From: Akkermansiaceae bacterium | GTDB lineage: Bacteria > Verrucomicrobiota > Verrucomicrobiia > Verrucomicrobiales > Akkermansiaceae | NCBI GenBank assembly: GCA_903837825.1 | Contig: CAILVZ010000162.1 | Span: 3,287-67,286, forward strand | Direction of reading: 5' to 3' | Length of the DNA stretch: 64,000 nucleotides | Shown: piece after piece, positions 49,101-58,607 of the stretch | Layout of the letters: every line of letters starts with the position of its first letter | Position numbering within the stretch: the stretch's first letter is position 1 | Made by a program: the position numbers and the translations under genes | Notes under the pieces: generated by a model | The model's database searches: none | What the model was told of the DNA's origin: nothing | The model's input: the letters and a program-made list of their open reading frames with translations, nothing else

Positions 49101-51830
49101 CGATGGAGCTGTTGTGCCACCAGAAATTGACTCAATAATCTTACTGTCGAATGCAAATACCATCGAGCCATCCGCTCCATAGCCCACAGGACTCACCACA
49201 GGCTTCTCAAGGCCGGCGGTCACCGAGGAGAATAATGTGTTCGGAAAATTTGCTGGCCCGATCTCGATCGTACCGAGTTGCTGCGCCTGATCATCATACG
49301 TCAGACGATAAATGGTGGCTTGGGAGCCTTTGCTGGTATCACTCAAAGCTGCTCCGTGCAGCATCGTCACAACGGTGAACGGCTGGCTCGTTGCTGTAGT
49401 CCGTGCGGTAGGTATGATTTCACTGCCCGCCAAGTCGAGAAGAACTGGGCTACTGAGTGCACCTGAGGAGTCCAAGCGATAGAATCCCAGCTTGATTGGA
49501 TTGGTACTTGGCGCAGTGACCCGAGCAGGATCAAAGCAGTTCGTCCAAACGATGGCTTCCGTGTTTGACACAAACAAAGGTGCAGCAAACTGCGAAGACG
49601 GGATCTCATGAATGGCACCCGCAGCGTTTTGCCAGAGAAGCATGCCGTTCACATCCATCAGAAGGGCTGATTGATCGTCGCCATAGCGGTTGTAGTCAGA
49701 CCGATTTCCAAATGGCGCGTAGGACTGTGGAATAGTGACCGACACTCCTGAGTTCTCTAACTTGGGCTGGTCGTGGAAGCTTCCATCATTGTCCACAAGT
49801 GGTGCAACAGTTGGGCGGCTTTGATTGTCATTCGGTGAGGTACGAGCGAGAAACTCCTCATAGTCGGAGAAAAGATCTCCATCCGTGTCAGGAATGTTAG
49901 GATTTGTACCGCTGTCAACCGGAGGAAGTGGCCAAATGTCGACAAATACGCCCGAGTTCGTCTCGACCTTGTCGCTGAAACCATCGGCATCGGTATCGAC
50001 GATCAGCGGGTTGGTACCGGTATTTGAGCTTGATACAAATTTCCCGGTGTTGGTTTCAACCCCATCGTTAAGACCGTCGCCGTCTGTGTCTGCCACCAGT
50101 GGATTCGTCCCCGTATTCGAACGTGAGATATAGATTCCAGTATTCGTTTCAGCCCCGTCCTTGATTCCATCACCATCGGTGTCAGCAAGAGAAGGATTCG
50201 TAGCGAGCATAGGCGCGACTGGGTTCAACTCATAGTAATCCAAAATCCCGTCGCCATCCGTGTCAGTGTTAAGAATTTGCAGTGCGCCAAGCTTGTAGGT
50301 CGCAAGAATTGCGGTATCGCCTGTGGTTTTGCGCGAGGTGGTCAAAAACCAATAGGCGAGATCTGGCGTAATCCGTGACGTGTTGAGCACGTTCGTTCCG
50401 GCGGTGACCACCACCGTGCGCGTAAGAGTGCTGTCATAGTGAGCCACGACTGCGGATGGGAGGCTACCATTGCTAAGCACGGATGCGGTTGCATTCTCCC
50501 AGATGACGGCCTGCTCGTTGGTGACAAAGAGCGGACGGGACTGGCGCGTGCCGATCACATCAAATTTCGCGCCCCGGTTGTGGAGCCAGATCAGTGTCGA
50601 AGAATCCTCGTCGGAAAGAATGGCGGAACCGTCGGCGGGATTGATGGTCCCAGTAATGGCCGAAGTCGTGATGGCGTTGGTGAGGTTCGCCGTTGATGTG
50701 AGGTTTGCCGTGCTCCCGATGAGGTAGGTGCGGACCGTCTTCTTGTCGGTGTCCAAGGTGTAGAGGTACTTCTGATCACCTGCTCGGGAATAGCTGGCAA
50801 GGTCCAGTGCTGTTCCAACCACGCCCGTGACCGCGGTGGGAATGCCGACAAGGTTGCCGGTGGACAAGCTACGGCGTTGTTCTTTGATAGCGCCAGCACC
50901 GTCGGCGTAGATGAGGCGGGTATTTGAGCAGAACAGCACTTGGCTGACGGTCTCGGTTGTGGCTGTCGGAGTCGCTGCATCCTTCACCAAGCGGGCAGCA
51001 CGGCCCTGGCCATCAAACCAGTAGTGCTGGTCTTCATAGGCCGCAGGCAGTGCCTTTGGATTGGTCTGGACTTGTGGGATCTTGACCATCAATGAGCCAT
51101 CCGAGCCATTGCCAACGGAGGTGATGTTCGGTCCAGCAACGCCCGAGGCAAACGTGGCCGAGGCCTTGACAGGAATCGACTGAGCGCTAACGAACTGAAC
51201 GCTCGCATCGTAAGTGACACGATAGAAGCGGATGTCGGCATCGTCGCTGTTGTTGACTGGGGATGAAAGTGGAACCGGAGTTTCATCGCCATTGTCCTTA
51301 CGAGTGGTGCTGATGAAGGTCAGCGCGCCAGTGGTGGTGGTGGTAGGAGGCGTGTCGAGGATCTCCTTGCCCCCGGACGTAACCGGCGAGGAAGTGACCG
51401 TGGAACTCCCCGCAACCGCGCGGTAGAGCACCATCGTGGCATCCGGCCGGTTTGGATACGCAGCGTAGTCAATAAACCGATTCGTCCAGACAAGGCACTC
51501 CGAGTTCGTGACGAACATCGGGATCGCCTTGGAGGTGTCTGGCAGCAAGCGGACCACTCCGTCACTGTCGATCCAGGTAAGCACACCATTCGCATCGAGA
51601 AGACACTTCGAACCATCGTCGCCGTAGCGGTTGAATTCGATCCGATTTCCGAACGGCGTGTAAGGAGCTGGGATCGTGACGGAGACCTCGTTCTTGAATT
51701 GCGAGTACTTGTAAAGATCCTCGGCAGCAGTGACTGCCATCGTCTGCAGGGCTAAGACGATGGGGCAGAATCGAGCGAAATGAAATTTCATGGTGAGAGG
51801 CGATCGGGTTTTAGATGATTGAGTATGCAT
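46167..51830 (-). CDS. Large secreted/surface protein: duplicated ~480-aa beta-rich domain, DxDGDG Ca-binding repeats, C-type lectin-like domain, BACON-like C-terminus
   Basis: Signal peptide; two homologous units starting VSVTIP..Y.PFGNR...NRYGDD.S; DTDGDG repeats; T.EQA...A...GG.LA...WLG.....EGNY.W...NW..GQPN lectin signature. Confidence 0.8.
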   Translation of the reverse strand: MHTQSSKTRSPLTMKFHFARFCPIVLALQTMAVTAAEDLYKYSQFKNEVSVTIPAPYTPFGNRIEFNRYGDDGSKCLLDANGVLTWIDSDGVVRLLPDTSKAIPMFVTNSECLVWTNRFIDYAAYPNRPDATMVLYRAVAGSSTVTSSPVTSGGKEILDTPPTTTTTGALTFISTTRKDNGDETPVPLSSPVNNSDDADIRFYRVTYDASVQFVSAQSIPVKASATFASGVAGPNITSVGNGSDGSLMVKIPQVQTNPKALPAAYEDQHYWFDGQGRAARLVKDAATPTATTETVSQVLFCSNTRLIYADGAGAIKEQRRSLSTGNLVGIPTAVTGVVGTALDLASYSRAGDQKYLYTLDTDKKTVRTYLIGSTANLTSTANLTNAITTSAITGTINPADGSAILSDEDSSTLIWLHNRGAKFDVIGTRQSRPLFVTNEQAVIWENATASVLSNGSLPSAVVAHYDSTLTRTVVVTAGTNVLNTSRITPDLAYWFLTTSRKTTGDTAILATYKLGALQILNTDTDGDGILDYYELNPVAPMLATNPSLADTDGDGIKDGAETNTGIYISRSNTGTNPLVADTDGDGLNDGVETNTGKFVSSSNTGTNPLIVDTDADGFSDKVETNSGVFVDIWPLPPVDSGTNPNIPDTDGDLFSDYEEFLARTSPNDNQSRPTVAPLVDNDGSFHDQPKLENSGVSVTIPQSYAPFGNRSDYNRYGDDQSALLMDVNGMLLWQNAAGAIHEIPSSQFAAPLFVSNTEAIVWTNCFDPARVTAPSTNPIKLGFYRLDSSGALSSPVLLDLAGSEIIPTARTTATSQPFTVVTMLHGAALSDTSKGSQATIYRLTYDDQAQQLGTIEIGPANFPNTLFSSVTAGLEKPVVSPVGYGADGSMVFAFDSKIIESISGGTTAPSSTATSLKFRRLFWVGGNRAEASASWVELTSGSDRDPFENYSLAGARVLYTSQMRVVYQMKGAGDAVFDARTNSFSGVKIVDREITTAPQTFLDAYPQTPAGDSTWVYGLDSSKVTVTAYLLDNVGFNVAYQARLARSLDDSAMIEKVSTEDGSATIVSNNYGEVSWLHPTDILLPRANVTSVPASGAARTLFVTGKELLTYNNALSPVDASGKLPAVQIRHFEVGSSGVLENPNLGWTDLSYKVNGNYVLTTPPFTPGADNWRFSTLEKSASTMAVFRTYSLLTGKTADDDGDRLSNYDELNPSASRPFPASITDSGDSDTDNDGIPDGLEAHPFRIITGSYTFEQARLDAIRRGGRLAVLNTTAKLSAMKQQLASDNTGMRLWLGCGDMEGTSESANSREGNYQWVDAMGGFFDGTGARSSIAIATPTNWGVGQPNNTGNADGCQLEPDFTWSMAPVSKTQGYVLEVAATDPTSADTDGDGISDGVEFSQGTDPTVASPFSGVPTIVAGDNGSGSDLLNFYDRSISTSYDGLVFDPEQGHVFRQKVTVSTKGAFSASVVGLTASIKASFKGAFDATGHYISGAPKGLPGVQIIEMQLYQNPEGWVIIGRAETVTGNVLGIELRPALYGKSNPYLATKVTMAMPTLDMGSTGPRGNGVATGSISKYGVASLQMYLPDGGKASYSGSLLTNELLALQAISTSVNRSAVIGPVDCAPVSTDLDFEGYVRLYSASGPLGGTYPAGFDQIHTIVGSDYVAPSKGFLPVSGYTTTQYNTKFSLVGGDFGGIAKAGTWGVNQVITIPGSPTESSSAKYTASTGLITFKHTLNKAVASGYAVTLQRSAQISGFYTSSFSTGKLVVAPNDGTIPTLTFISPVSKSVMGTGAIYTVTVQTAGAWEIILPTGVNWVLAEITSGGLVTTSTDVTGGTTTTTAASTTQGFGPGTVRITVLDSQATFAQRSTSVEIAGVQHKISQDYRVR
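49854..50264 (-). repeat. Tandem thrombospondin type-3-like DTDGDG...GTNP repeats in the giant protein
   Basis: DTDGDGILD, DTDGDGIKDGAETNTG..TGTNP, DTDGDGLNDGVETNTG..TGTNP, DTDADGFSD, DTDGDLFSD. Confidence 0.85.
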
Positions 51831-51901
51831 CTAGTGTGATGGTGTAGAAAAGAAAAAATGGTGGCTAATGAAGGAGACCAAGGTAGTTGGAAACAGCGTA
51901 G

Positions 51902-51931
51902 GCCCTGGCCCGCACGGATGCAGGCTAGGGC
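51902..51931 (-). promoter_or_regulatory. Strong hairpin without U-tract between the secretin and giant protein genes (stabiliser/attenuator rather than terminator)
   Basis: Minus strand GCCCTAGCCTGCA-TCCG-TGCGGGCCAGGGC, followed by CTACGC rather than a T run. Confidence 0.5.
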
Positions 51932-51941
51932 GTGAGTTGGC

Positions 51942-54563
51942 TTAGAGCGGTGGCAGGGCTCCTGGATCCATCGATCCATCCCCAGTGCTGGTGGCACTCG
52001 CGGTCGGGACAGATGCCGTAGCATCCGCTCCACGGAGTGGGCGACCGGTTGGGTCGATGATCTGAGCGGTGACGAAGATGATCAGGTTGCTCTTGATCCG
52101 GTTCTCCGCCTTCGTTTGGAACAAGCGACCGATCACTGGGATGTCGCCAAGAATTGGCACCTTGTCCTCGACGTTCTGCACATCTTCACGCATCAGGCCA
52201 CCAATCGCAACGGTGTAGCCGTCATAGATGGTGAGCGAGGTGTTGACCCGGCGGGTCGAGAACACCGGCATTTCGATGCGGTTTTCCGTGAGGGTGATTT
52301 GAACCGAGTTGCCCAAGGCATCCGTTCCAGCCGACTGGATCGGGCTGCCGTAGTTGATGAAGCCCTCGAATTCGACGATTTCCGGCACGAAACGGAGATC
52401 GATCATGAAATCGTTTTCGCCGATGGTCGGCTCGATTTCAAGAGTGATCCCGGTGTTGCGTGTCTGGAATGCGGTCGGAGTCGCAGGCGTTACGGGGAAC
52501 GATGAGCTCGATCCGCCACCGCCACCACCAGGGAGTAGCGAGCTTTGGCTGCTCGTTCCGACGCTGGTTGGGATTTCTGGGGGTTCGTATTCCGTTGGGT
52601 AGATGAATTCACGGATGATCTCGATCGTGGCCTTCTGGCCGGAACGAGCGGTCACCGAAGGCGCCGTCATCAAGTCCGTGCCTTTCTTCTGCGACAATCC
52701 GCGCATGATCAACTTCACTTGCGAGTCTGAGAACAGACCGGTGAGCGACATGATCCCTGGGGCCACGTTGGCCGTCTGGGATGAGCGGTTCGGGTTATTC
52801 AGGATCGAGTCGATGCTATTGCGGTTGATGGCGCCGTCACCGCTGCGGTTTCCTGCAGTAACGATGTTGCTTACATCCGTGTTACCGGCAGGAACCCCTG
52901 GGATCAGAGGGCCAGTGAAATCCGCACCCGTGCGAGGAGTGCCGTTGCCAATCGTGCCGCCTGCTGGAACCATCGATGCCGAGTTAAAGAAGGGTCCGAC
53001 GATCCAGTCGAAGCCGAGTTCTTCTCCGTTCTCTTGCGAGATTTCGACAAACTTGGTGGAAACCTTCACCTGCTTTGGCTGCTTGCCGCTGATGGCGGAA
53101 ACCAATTGCTCGATTTTTTCGAGTTCGGTTGGGGTGTTGGTTACGAGGAGGACACCGCTGTTGCTCAAATTGGCAGAAGCGCCATCTTTGAATTCCACAC
53201 CCGACCTCTTGAGGAGTTCGGTGATCGGGGCACGGGCTTGGATTTTCGCAGCGCCCTTGTCGGGTTCTGCAAATGGATCTGCTGCGCCTGAGGCCGCTTG
53301 GGCACCACCATCACCCAGTTGAGTCTGGAAGTCAGGCGGAACGGTGAAGCTGCGCGTGAAGGTATCTTCGCCCTGTTCGGCTTGTGGGACCAGGGTCACC
53401 GCGAAGTCGTCCACCTTGTAGCGGAGCTTCGTTTGGTCACAGATGTACTTCAGTGCCACTGCGAGAGGCACGTTGCGAATGCGCAATTCACGAACACGGA
53501 GTGAGCCTGGATCTGAGGCGCTCAATGGCAGCGCTTCGGCTGCACCACCGGCGGCGGCGTCCAGCCCGGCATCCGCAGCAGGGGCGGCTGCGCGTGGGCG
53601 ACGGATCACGAAATTGACACCCTTCTTCGATGGCTCGAGCTCTTGAGTGTCGAGCTCACCTGCGCGCAGACGGAGGAAGTCAATGGCCTCTTCTACGGTG
53701 GTATCCTCGAAGTCGATCCGTGGAATGACGATTTTCTTCAGCTTGTCAGTGATGTAAGCAACACCGCTGCTCAGCTCACCTTGGCCAAACTTCGTGGCAT
53801 CGACGGGAGGAGCCTCAACCGGCACGGCCAGCTGCCAGGCAGCGTCAACTTGGCTGAGAAGGTCTGCACGAGCGTCGTCGTAAGCAGCACGATAGTAATC
53901 CGACTTCGCGGCAGAAACACGCTCAAGGCCACGGCGAGCCGCGGTGTTGTAGCTATCGACGCGGAGGACGTTTTGATACTCGGTCTTCGCTTCATCGAAC
54001 TTGCCGAGGTTGAAATTTCCTTCTGCCTTGTAGAGACCACGGCGGACCTCATCCACATTCTGCGTGTGCTCATAGGTCAGAGCAGGGTTGGTGCGGATGG
54101 GGTCATCCAAATACGCAAGCTCACGGGTCACGTCGAAATTATCAGGCGAGATCTCATTGGCTTTGCCGAGGAGCTCGCGAGCTTCGGTGTACTTGCCAAC
54201 CTTGCGATACTGGATCGCGAGTGCGACGCTTGCATTGCACTTGTGGCTCAAGAGACACTTGTAGCGATCACTCACGTTTGGCGCGTCCTTGTTGATGAAC
54301 GCTGGCAAGGCGAGGGCCTCGGTGAACTTATCTAATGCCTTCTGATAGTCTTCCTTCGAGTAAGCGTCGCGACCTTCGGCTAGGAGACGGTCTGCTTCGC
54401 CAATATCATTCTGGCGGCGTACAATCGTCCGCTGAGCGAGACCGCTGAGGCCCGGGCTAACTTCACCAGCATTGACGCTGGTAATGGTGATTGGCATAGA
54501 GGATGCCACTGCCATCAACGCGAGGGCGGTGCGACTGGTTCGGTACATTGGCGTTTTTTGCAT
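51942..54563 (-). CDS. pilQ: Amuc_1098-family type IV pilus-like outer-membrane secretin with N-terminal TPRs
   Basis: QVKV...FVEI......LGFDW, AP.V...SGQ.A.I, G..LE.EP, G.T..IGGL, KVPILGDIP.IGRLF, L.IFVT..I. Confidence 0.9.
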   Translation of the reverse strand: MQKTPMYRTSRTALALMAVASSMPITITSVNAGEVSPGLSGLAQRTIVRRQNDIGEADRLLAEGRDAYSKEDYQKALDKFTEALALPAFINKDAPNVSDRYKCLLSHKCNASVALAIQYRKVGKYTEARELLGKANEISPDNFDVTRELAYLDDPIRTNPALTYEHTQNVDEVRRGLYKAEGNFNLGKFDEAKTEYQNVLRVDSYNTAARRGLERVSAAKSDYYRAAYDDARADLLSQVDAAWQLAVPVEAPPVDATKFGQGELSSGVAYITDKLKKIVIPRIDFEDTTVEEAIDFLRLRAGELDTQELEPSKKGVNFVIRRPRAAAPAADAGLDAAAGGAAEALPLSASDPGSLRVRELRIRNVPLAVALKYICDQTKLRYKVDDFAVTLVPQAEQGEDTFTRSFTVPPDFQTQLGDGGAQAASGAADPFAEPDKGAAKIQARAPITELLKRSGVEFKDGASANLSNSGVLLVTNTPTELEKIEQLVSAISGKQPKQVKVSTKFVEISQENGEELGFDWIVGPFFNSASMVPAGGTIGNGTPRTGADFTGPLIPGVPAGNTDVSNIVTAGNRSGDGAINRNSIDSILNNPNRSSQTANVAPGIMSLTGLFSDSQVKLIMRGLSQKKGTDLMTAPSVTARSGQKATIEIIREFIYPTEYEPPEIPTSVGTSSQSSLLPGGGGGGSSSSFPVTPATPTAFQTRNTGITLEIEPTIGENDFMIDLRFVPEIVEFEGFINYGSPIQSAGTDALGNSVQITLTENRIEMPVFSTRRVNTSLTIYDGYTVAIGGLMREDVQNVEDKVPILGDIPVIGRLFQTKAENRIKSNLIIFVTAQIIDPTGRPLRGADATASVPTASATSTGDGSMDPGALPPL

Positions 54564-54623
54564 GTTGAGATGAGGTGATGTGGAGAAAATTTCGGGACTT
54601 GTGAAGCGATTTTTTTACGGACC

Positions 54624-55676
54624 TTAGTGTTGAGCCTGCGGAATGGCTCCCTTGCTGATTTCGATGGTCTTTTTTTGCCCTGCTGGGTCGGTGTATTCGA
54701 TGGTGACCGAGTCGGGGGTAACGATCTTGGCGAGGTAGTCTTTTTTCGGGGAATCTGGGGGAAGAGCGAAGGTTGTATTCTCTTCGACTTTGAATTCCTT
54801 GCCGTTCAAGCCGAGGGCCTCCAGCGAGAACACGGCCGAGCGGTCGAACTTGAGGTAATCGTTCCTGCGGTCCTCCGAAAGGGGTGACGGGATTTCATAA
54901 ATGGTGCCCTTTTTGTTCGGACGTTGATCTTCGATCCGGACGATCGTCACTTCCATTTCGATTCCAACCTTCTTATTCAGCTCCTTGCGGACTTCGGATC
55001 CAACAAGCTTGAAGCGATTGGCCATCGGTGGCTTGCTAAAGAACATCCCACCCGCTGGAACCATGTCAGCAGCGCCCGTTTTGTTCACTCCGCCTTTGGT
55101 GTCCTGATAGTTGAATGGGAACGCCCCATCGGAACCGTATCCAGGACGGATCACCCAACCAAGACTCTCGTCCTTGACGTACATCAGCTTCGCGACGAGC
55201 GAAGGCACGGATTTGGCGTCGTTTGGATCGGTCTTGGCGTTGAACTCCTCAAGGTTTGAGAATCCATCGGAATCGGGGTCGCGGTTTGGCGAATCCGCGA
55301 AGCCTGGGTCAAGACGGTTTTCCACCCACCAGGTGTTTGGGATTGGGGGGTGCACGGGCTCACCCTTGATCAAGTCCAGTGGCTTATCAGGCGACTTGCT
55401 GGACACGAAGAGCGGGATTCCCACGAAGAGATCCACTGGGCGATCGCCATCAAGCGCTTGATTCCAGGTGCGATCGAGTTTGAGTGAGGCCAGCGCCTTC
55501 GGGATGTGGTCAGCCTCTTTTACGGAGGCATCGCTATTGCCTTTGCCCTTGAGGCTAGCGGCAAAATCCGTCTCGACGCTTCCGAGATGGGACCAGCCCA
55601 TATAGGCAAGGCCGAGCGCGACCGCAACGGCTCCGCCAAGGGCGACTTTTTCGTAATTCTTTGAAAACCAAGACAT
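54624..55676 (-). CDS. Amuc_1099-family pilus-system protein
   Basis: MSW...NYEK + TM, HPPIPN.WW, DPDSDGFSNLEEF..KTDP.D; position in the cluster. Confidence 0.82.
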   Translation of the reverse strand: MSWFSKNYEKVALGGAVAVALGLAYMGWSHLGSVETDFAASLKGKGNSDASVKEADHIPKALASLKLDRTWNQALDGDRPVDLFVGIPLFVSSKSPDKPLDLIKGEPVHPPIPNTWWVENRLDPGFADSPNRDPDSDGFSNLEEFNAKTDPNDAKSVPSLVAKLMYVKDESLGWVIRPGYGSDGAFPFNYQDTKGGVNKTGAADMVPAGGMFFSKPPMANRFKLVGSEVRKELNKKVGIEMEVTIVRIEDQRPNKKGTIYEIPSPLSEDRRNDYLKFDRSAVFSLEALGLNGKEFKVEENTTFALPPDSPKKDYLAKIVTPDSVTIEYTDPAGQKKTIEISKGAIPQAQH

Positions 55677-55701
55677 GGTGAAATGGGTGCGATGATCTGG
55701 G

Positions 55702-56667
55702 TTATGGAAGTTTCTTCACGGGAAGAAATTGAAGGACATCGAGGCGGACAAATACTTGAACTTGTTCGCTGCCGAGTACTTGGGAAAGAATTCGGCTGGT
55801 GTCGACGGGTTTCGGTTCTGGTTTGCTCGAGCCAGCAGCAGCGCCGCTTGATGCATCGTCACCTGGAAGGACAAATCCGCCCGAAAATGCGTCCGCAGCA
55901 GGGGCTGCCTCTTTTTTGGCGGCTGCATCAAACTTGGCATCCGTGGTTTTAGGCGGGTCGGCCTTCTCGTTGATGATGCGCAGATTGCGCACGACCACGT
56001 ATTGGTTCTCCGGCTTGGTGATGGTGGATAGGAATTCGCGGGCCGATTTCTCAGGGCCCACGAAAGCAACCTCCAATGGGAATGCGCGGGCAGCGTCCGA
56101 TGCACTAGGGGTGTATGCTTGACCGTCCTCCTCCAGCAGGCTCGGGCGATAGAGGTTTTTCAGTTCCGTCGGCTTTGCGGCAGCGAGCGCAAGCAGCACA
56201 TTTTTGATCGACGTGAGTTGGTAATCCAGCACGCCCGTAATTTTTGCAGGGGCGAGTGAGGTCTTGTATTTCTCAAAGCCTACAAAAAATGGTTCCGGCA
56301 CCACGGCACCCGAGGCAGCGAACGCTTCGCGAACTTCGGTATTCGCAGCAAGCAGGCTATTCGCAAAATCCTGAGGTGTGGCGTTCTTCACCTCCTTGGT
56401 GCGAAATGGCTCAAATGCCGATTGCAGCGAGCCTAACGATTTGCGGTATTCGTCGAGCGCCTTGCGCTTGCTGGCTTGGTTTTCCAGCTTCGGATAGAGC
56501 GCAAGTGATTCGAACCCTGCGGCCTCAGCGGCTGCGGCGTCGAATTCATCCTTGGCCGCTTGGTAGCGACTGGAGCCTTGCATGCCCCAAAAGACTAGCA
56601 TTGCAGCTCCGGCCAGCGTCCCGCCGCCGAGCGCTACCATAAACTTATTATCTTTGATCCAACTCAT
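55702..56667 (-). CDS. Amuc_1100-family pilus-associated protein (PilO-like)
   Basis: MSWIKDNKF + TM, coiled coil, GFEKY, PLE..F.G.E...REFL, VR.LRI.NE, G.E.V.V...LD..F; position in the cluster. Confidence 0.82.
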   Translation of the reverse strand: MSWIKDNKFMVALGGGTLAGAAMLVFWGMQGSSRYQAAKDEFDAAAAEAAGFESLALYPKLENQASKRKALDEYRKSLGSLQSAFEPFRTKEVKNATPQDFANSLLAANTEVREAFAASGAVVPEPFFVGFEKYKTSLAPAKITGVLDYQLTSIKNVLLALAAAKPTELKNLYRPSLLEEDGQAYTPSASDAARAFPLEVAFVGPEKSAREFLSTITKPENQYVVVRNLRIINEKADPPKTTDAKFDAAAKKEAAPAADAFSGGFVLPGDDASSGAAAGSSKPEPKPVDTSRILSQVLGSEQVQVFVRLDVLQFLPVKKLP

Positions 56668-56694
56668 AATTCAGGTGGCAAATGGTGGTAATCC

Positions 56695-58554
56695 TTACTT
56701 GATGGCGACCTCATGGGCCAACGGAAGAGTGATGACGAATGGGAAGCCCAACTCGCCAGGTTGACCCGCAATGGTGATGTCGAGGATGCGGTCGTCGCTC
56801 AGGACAACTTCAGCACCCTTGCCATCCTTCACCTTGAAGCGGAAACTGGTCGATTTCTCTCTGAGATTCTTGAGCAATTCCGAGACGGCATCTTGTTTTT
56901 TCGATGTTTCGCGCCAGAAGCCCTTGATGCGGACGGCGTTGACCGTTGCGACCGTAGGAGCGGCACCCTTTTTCACTGGGGTGGTTGGCTCGTCCAGTTT
57001 CACATCGATCAGCGATGAAGTGCCGTAGGTCGCCGATGCAAAGGTCGCGCTGACCACAGACTTGCCGTTTGAGCTTTCCAAATTCAGGGCGCCTGGCGCG
57101 GGCTTCGGGCTGACCACCAATGGATCGTAACCCGAGAGCGGCTCAAAGTCCTTGACCCAAACCGCATCGCTTGCAAACGCACCACGAAGCTCAGAGAGAA
57201 CATCCATCCAGTAGGTGTGGGCCGACTCAGCACTCGTGTATCCTGAGGCGATCTGGCGAAGCTTGGTCTCTTCCGTGAGAAGCTGGTCGATTTTCGCCTT
57301 CACGGGTGCCAGCGATTCGCGCTGATCCGCCATGGTTTTCTTTTCATCGGCGGCCTTTGAGGCGGCCATATTTTGGAAGGTCGCCCACAAGGCGCAACCT
57401 CCAAGAAGAACCGCCGCAGCGGCGACGAGAAAAGGCTTCCGGCGGTCAGCAGCACGCGATTGCTCGACCGAAGATGGGACGAGATCAATGCTAATTGCGG
57501 ATTTGCCGATGCCACGGAGACCGAGACCGACGAGTTCGCCGAGCAAGTGACCTTCGCGCTGGATGAGTTCGGCATTGACGTTTTTGCCGATGGCAAGAGC
57601 GCCGCTTGGGTTGAAGTACTCCACGGGCAAGTTGAGTTTTTCTTGGAAGAACTCGAGCGTGTAAGGGAGGTTGGCACCACCGCCGGCGAGCAGCACTCTC
57701 CGTGGAGCGCTGCCAGCATGTTGGCTGCGATAGTAGTTGGTCGTGCGCGCGATTTCCGCAGGCAGGCGGGTCAGCGAATTGCGGATGACCATGGCCAAAC
57801 CTGCGACTGCTTCGTCCAATTGATCCGTGTGGCCACCACCGAGGGCAACCAAGCCATTGGAAATCTTCTGGTGCTCGGCCTCCATGAAGGAAATGCCGTA
57901 TTCTTTCGCGATCGAAGCAGTGACGGCGCTGCCACCGATGGCAATGCTGCGGGTGAAAAACCGTCGGCCTTCGATGTAGAGTAAATTGCTGGTTTTTGCG
58001 CCGATATCGATCAAGAGGATCGATTCCTCCTGGTTTCCGTAGGTCGCTCTGAACGCATTGTAGAGCGCCATGGGGGCGACATCGACCTCCAAGGTGCCGA
58101 GACCGCTGTCGTTGACGGCAGAATTGATCTCATCGAGCGCATCCGCCTTGATCGCCACGATAACCGCTTCTTTTTCGGAGGCGCCCTCGATCAATTCGTA
58201 GTCCCAAACCACCTCTTGGAGCGGGAATGGGATGTGTTGTTGGGCTTCAAAGGTGACGAGTTGCTCGATATTATCCTCCTGAAGCGGCGGGAGCTTGACG
58301 AAGCGCGTGAAGACCGACTGGCCTGAAATCGCATACCTCGCCTTGGTCTTGCCAAGTTTCATTCGCTGGGCGAGGTCGGCGATGGCGATGCGAGTCTGGG
58401 AAGCCTTGGACGCCTCCAGCGCTGGATCCGCGACGATCGATTCCGAATCGTACGCGGTGAGGGTGAGGCTTCCAGTTTTCGAGACTTCGAACACGGCCAT
58501 GCCGATCCGCTGGGAGCCAATATTGAGTGCGACGGTGGTCTGATTGTCAGCCAT
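56695..58554 (-). CDS. pilM: Amuc_1101-family PilM-like actin-fold protein fused to PilN-like TM/periplasmic region
   Basis: LNIGSQ, SGQSVFTRFVKLP, FEAQQ.IPFPL.EV.WDY, IDIGA..SNL, LAGGG; then IDL.P, TM, coiled coil. Confidence 0.88.
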   Translation of the reverse strand: MADNQTTVALNIGSQRIGMAVFEVSKTGSLTLTAYDSESIVADPALEASKASQTRIAIADLAQRMKLGKTKARYAISGQSVFTRFVKLPPLQEDNIEQLVTFEAQQHIPFPLQEVVWDYELIEGASEKEAVIVAIKADALDEINSAVNDSGLGTLEVDVAPMALYNAFRATYGNQEESILLIDIGAKTSNLLYIEGRRFFTRSIAIGGSAVTASIAKEYGISFMEAEHQKISNGLVALGGGHTDQLDEAVAGLAMVIRNSLTRLPAEIARTTNYYRSQHAGSAPRRVLLAGGGANLPYTLEFFQEKLNLPVEYFNPSGALAIGKNVNAELIQREGHLLGELVGLGLRGIGKSAISIDLVPSSVEQSRAADRRKPFLVAAAAVLLGGCALWATFQNMAASKAADEKKTMADQRESLAPVKAKIDQLLTEETKLRQIASGYTSAESAHTYWMDVLSELRGAFASDAVWVKDFEPLSGYDPLVVSPKPAPGALNLESSNGKSVVSATFASATYGTSSLIDVKLDEPTTPVKKGAAPTVATVNAVRIKGFWRETSKKQDAVSELLKNLREKSTSFRFKVKDGKGAEVVLSDDRILDITIAGQPGELGFPFVITLPLAHEVAIK

Positions 58555-58607
58555 GGTTCAAGAATAGGAGAGAACTGATTAAGCAGTAAAACGAGTAAAC
58601 GGAATTT

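Noticed and set aside
49854-50264. Periodic DNA similarity that might be a CRISPR or VNTR array
   Set aside because: In-frame degenerate protein repeats (DTDGDG) with synonymous divergence; no cas genes
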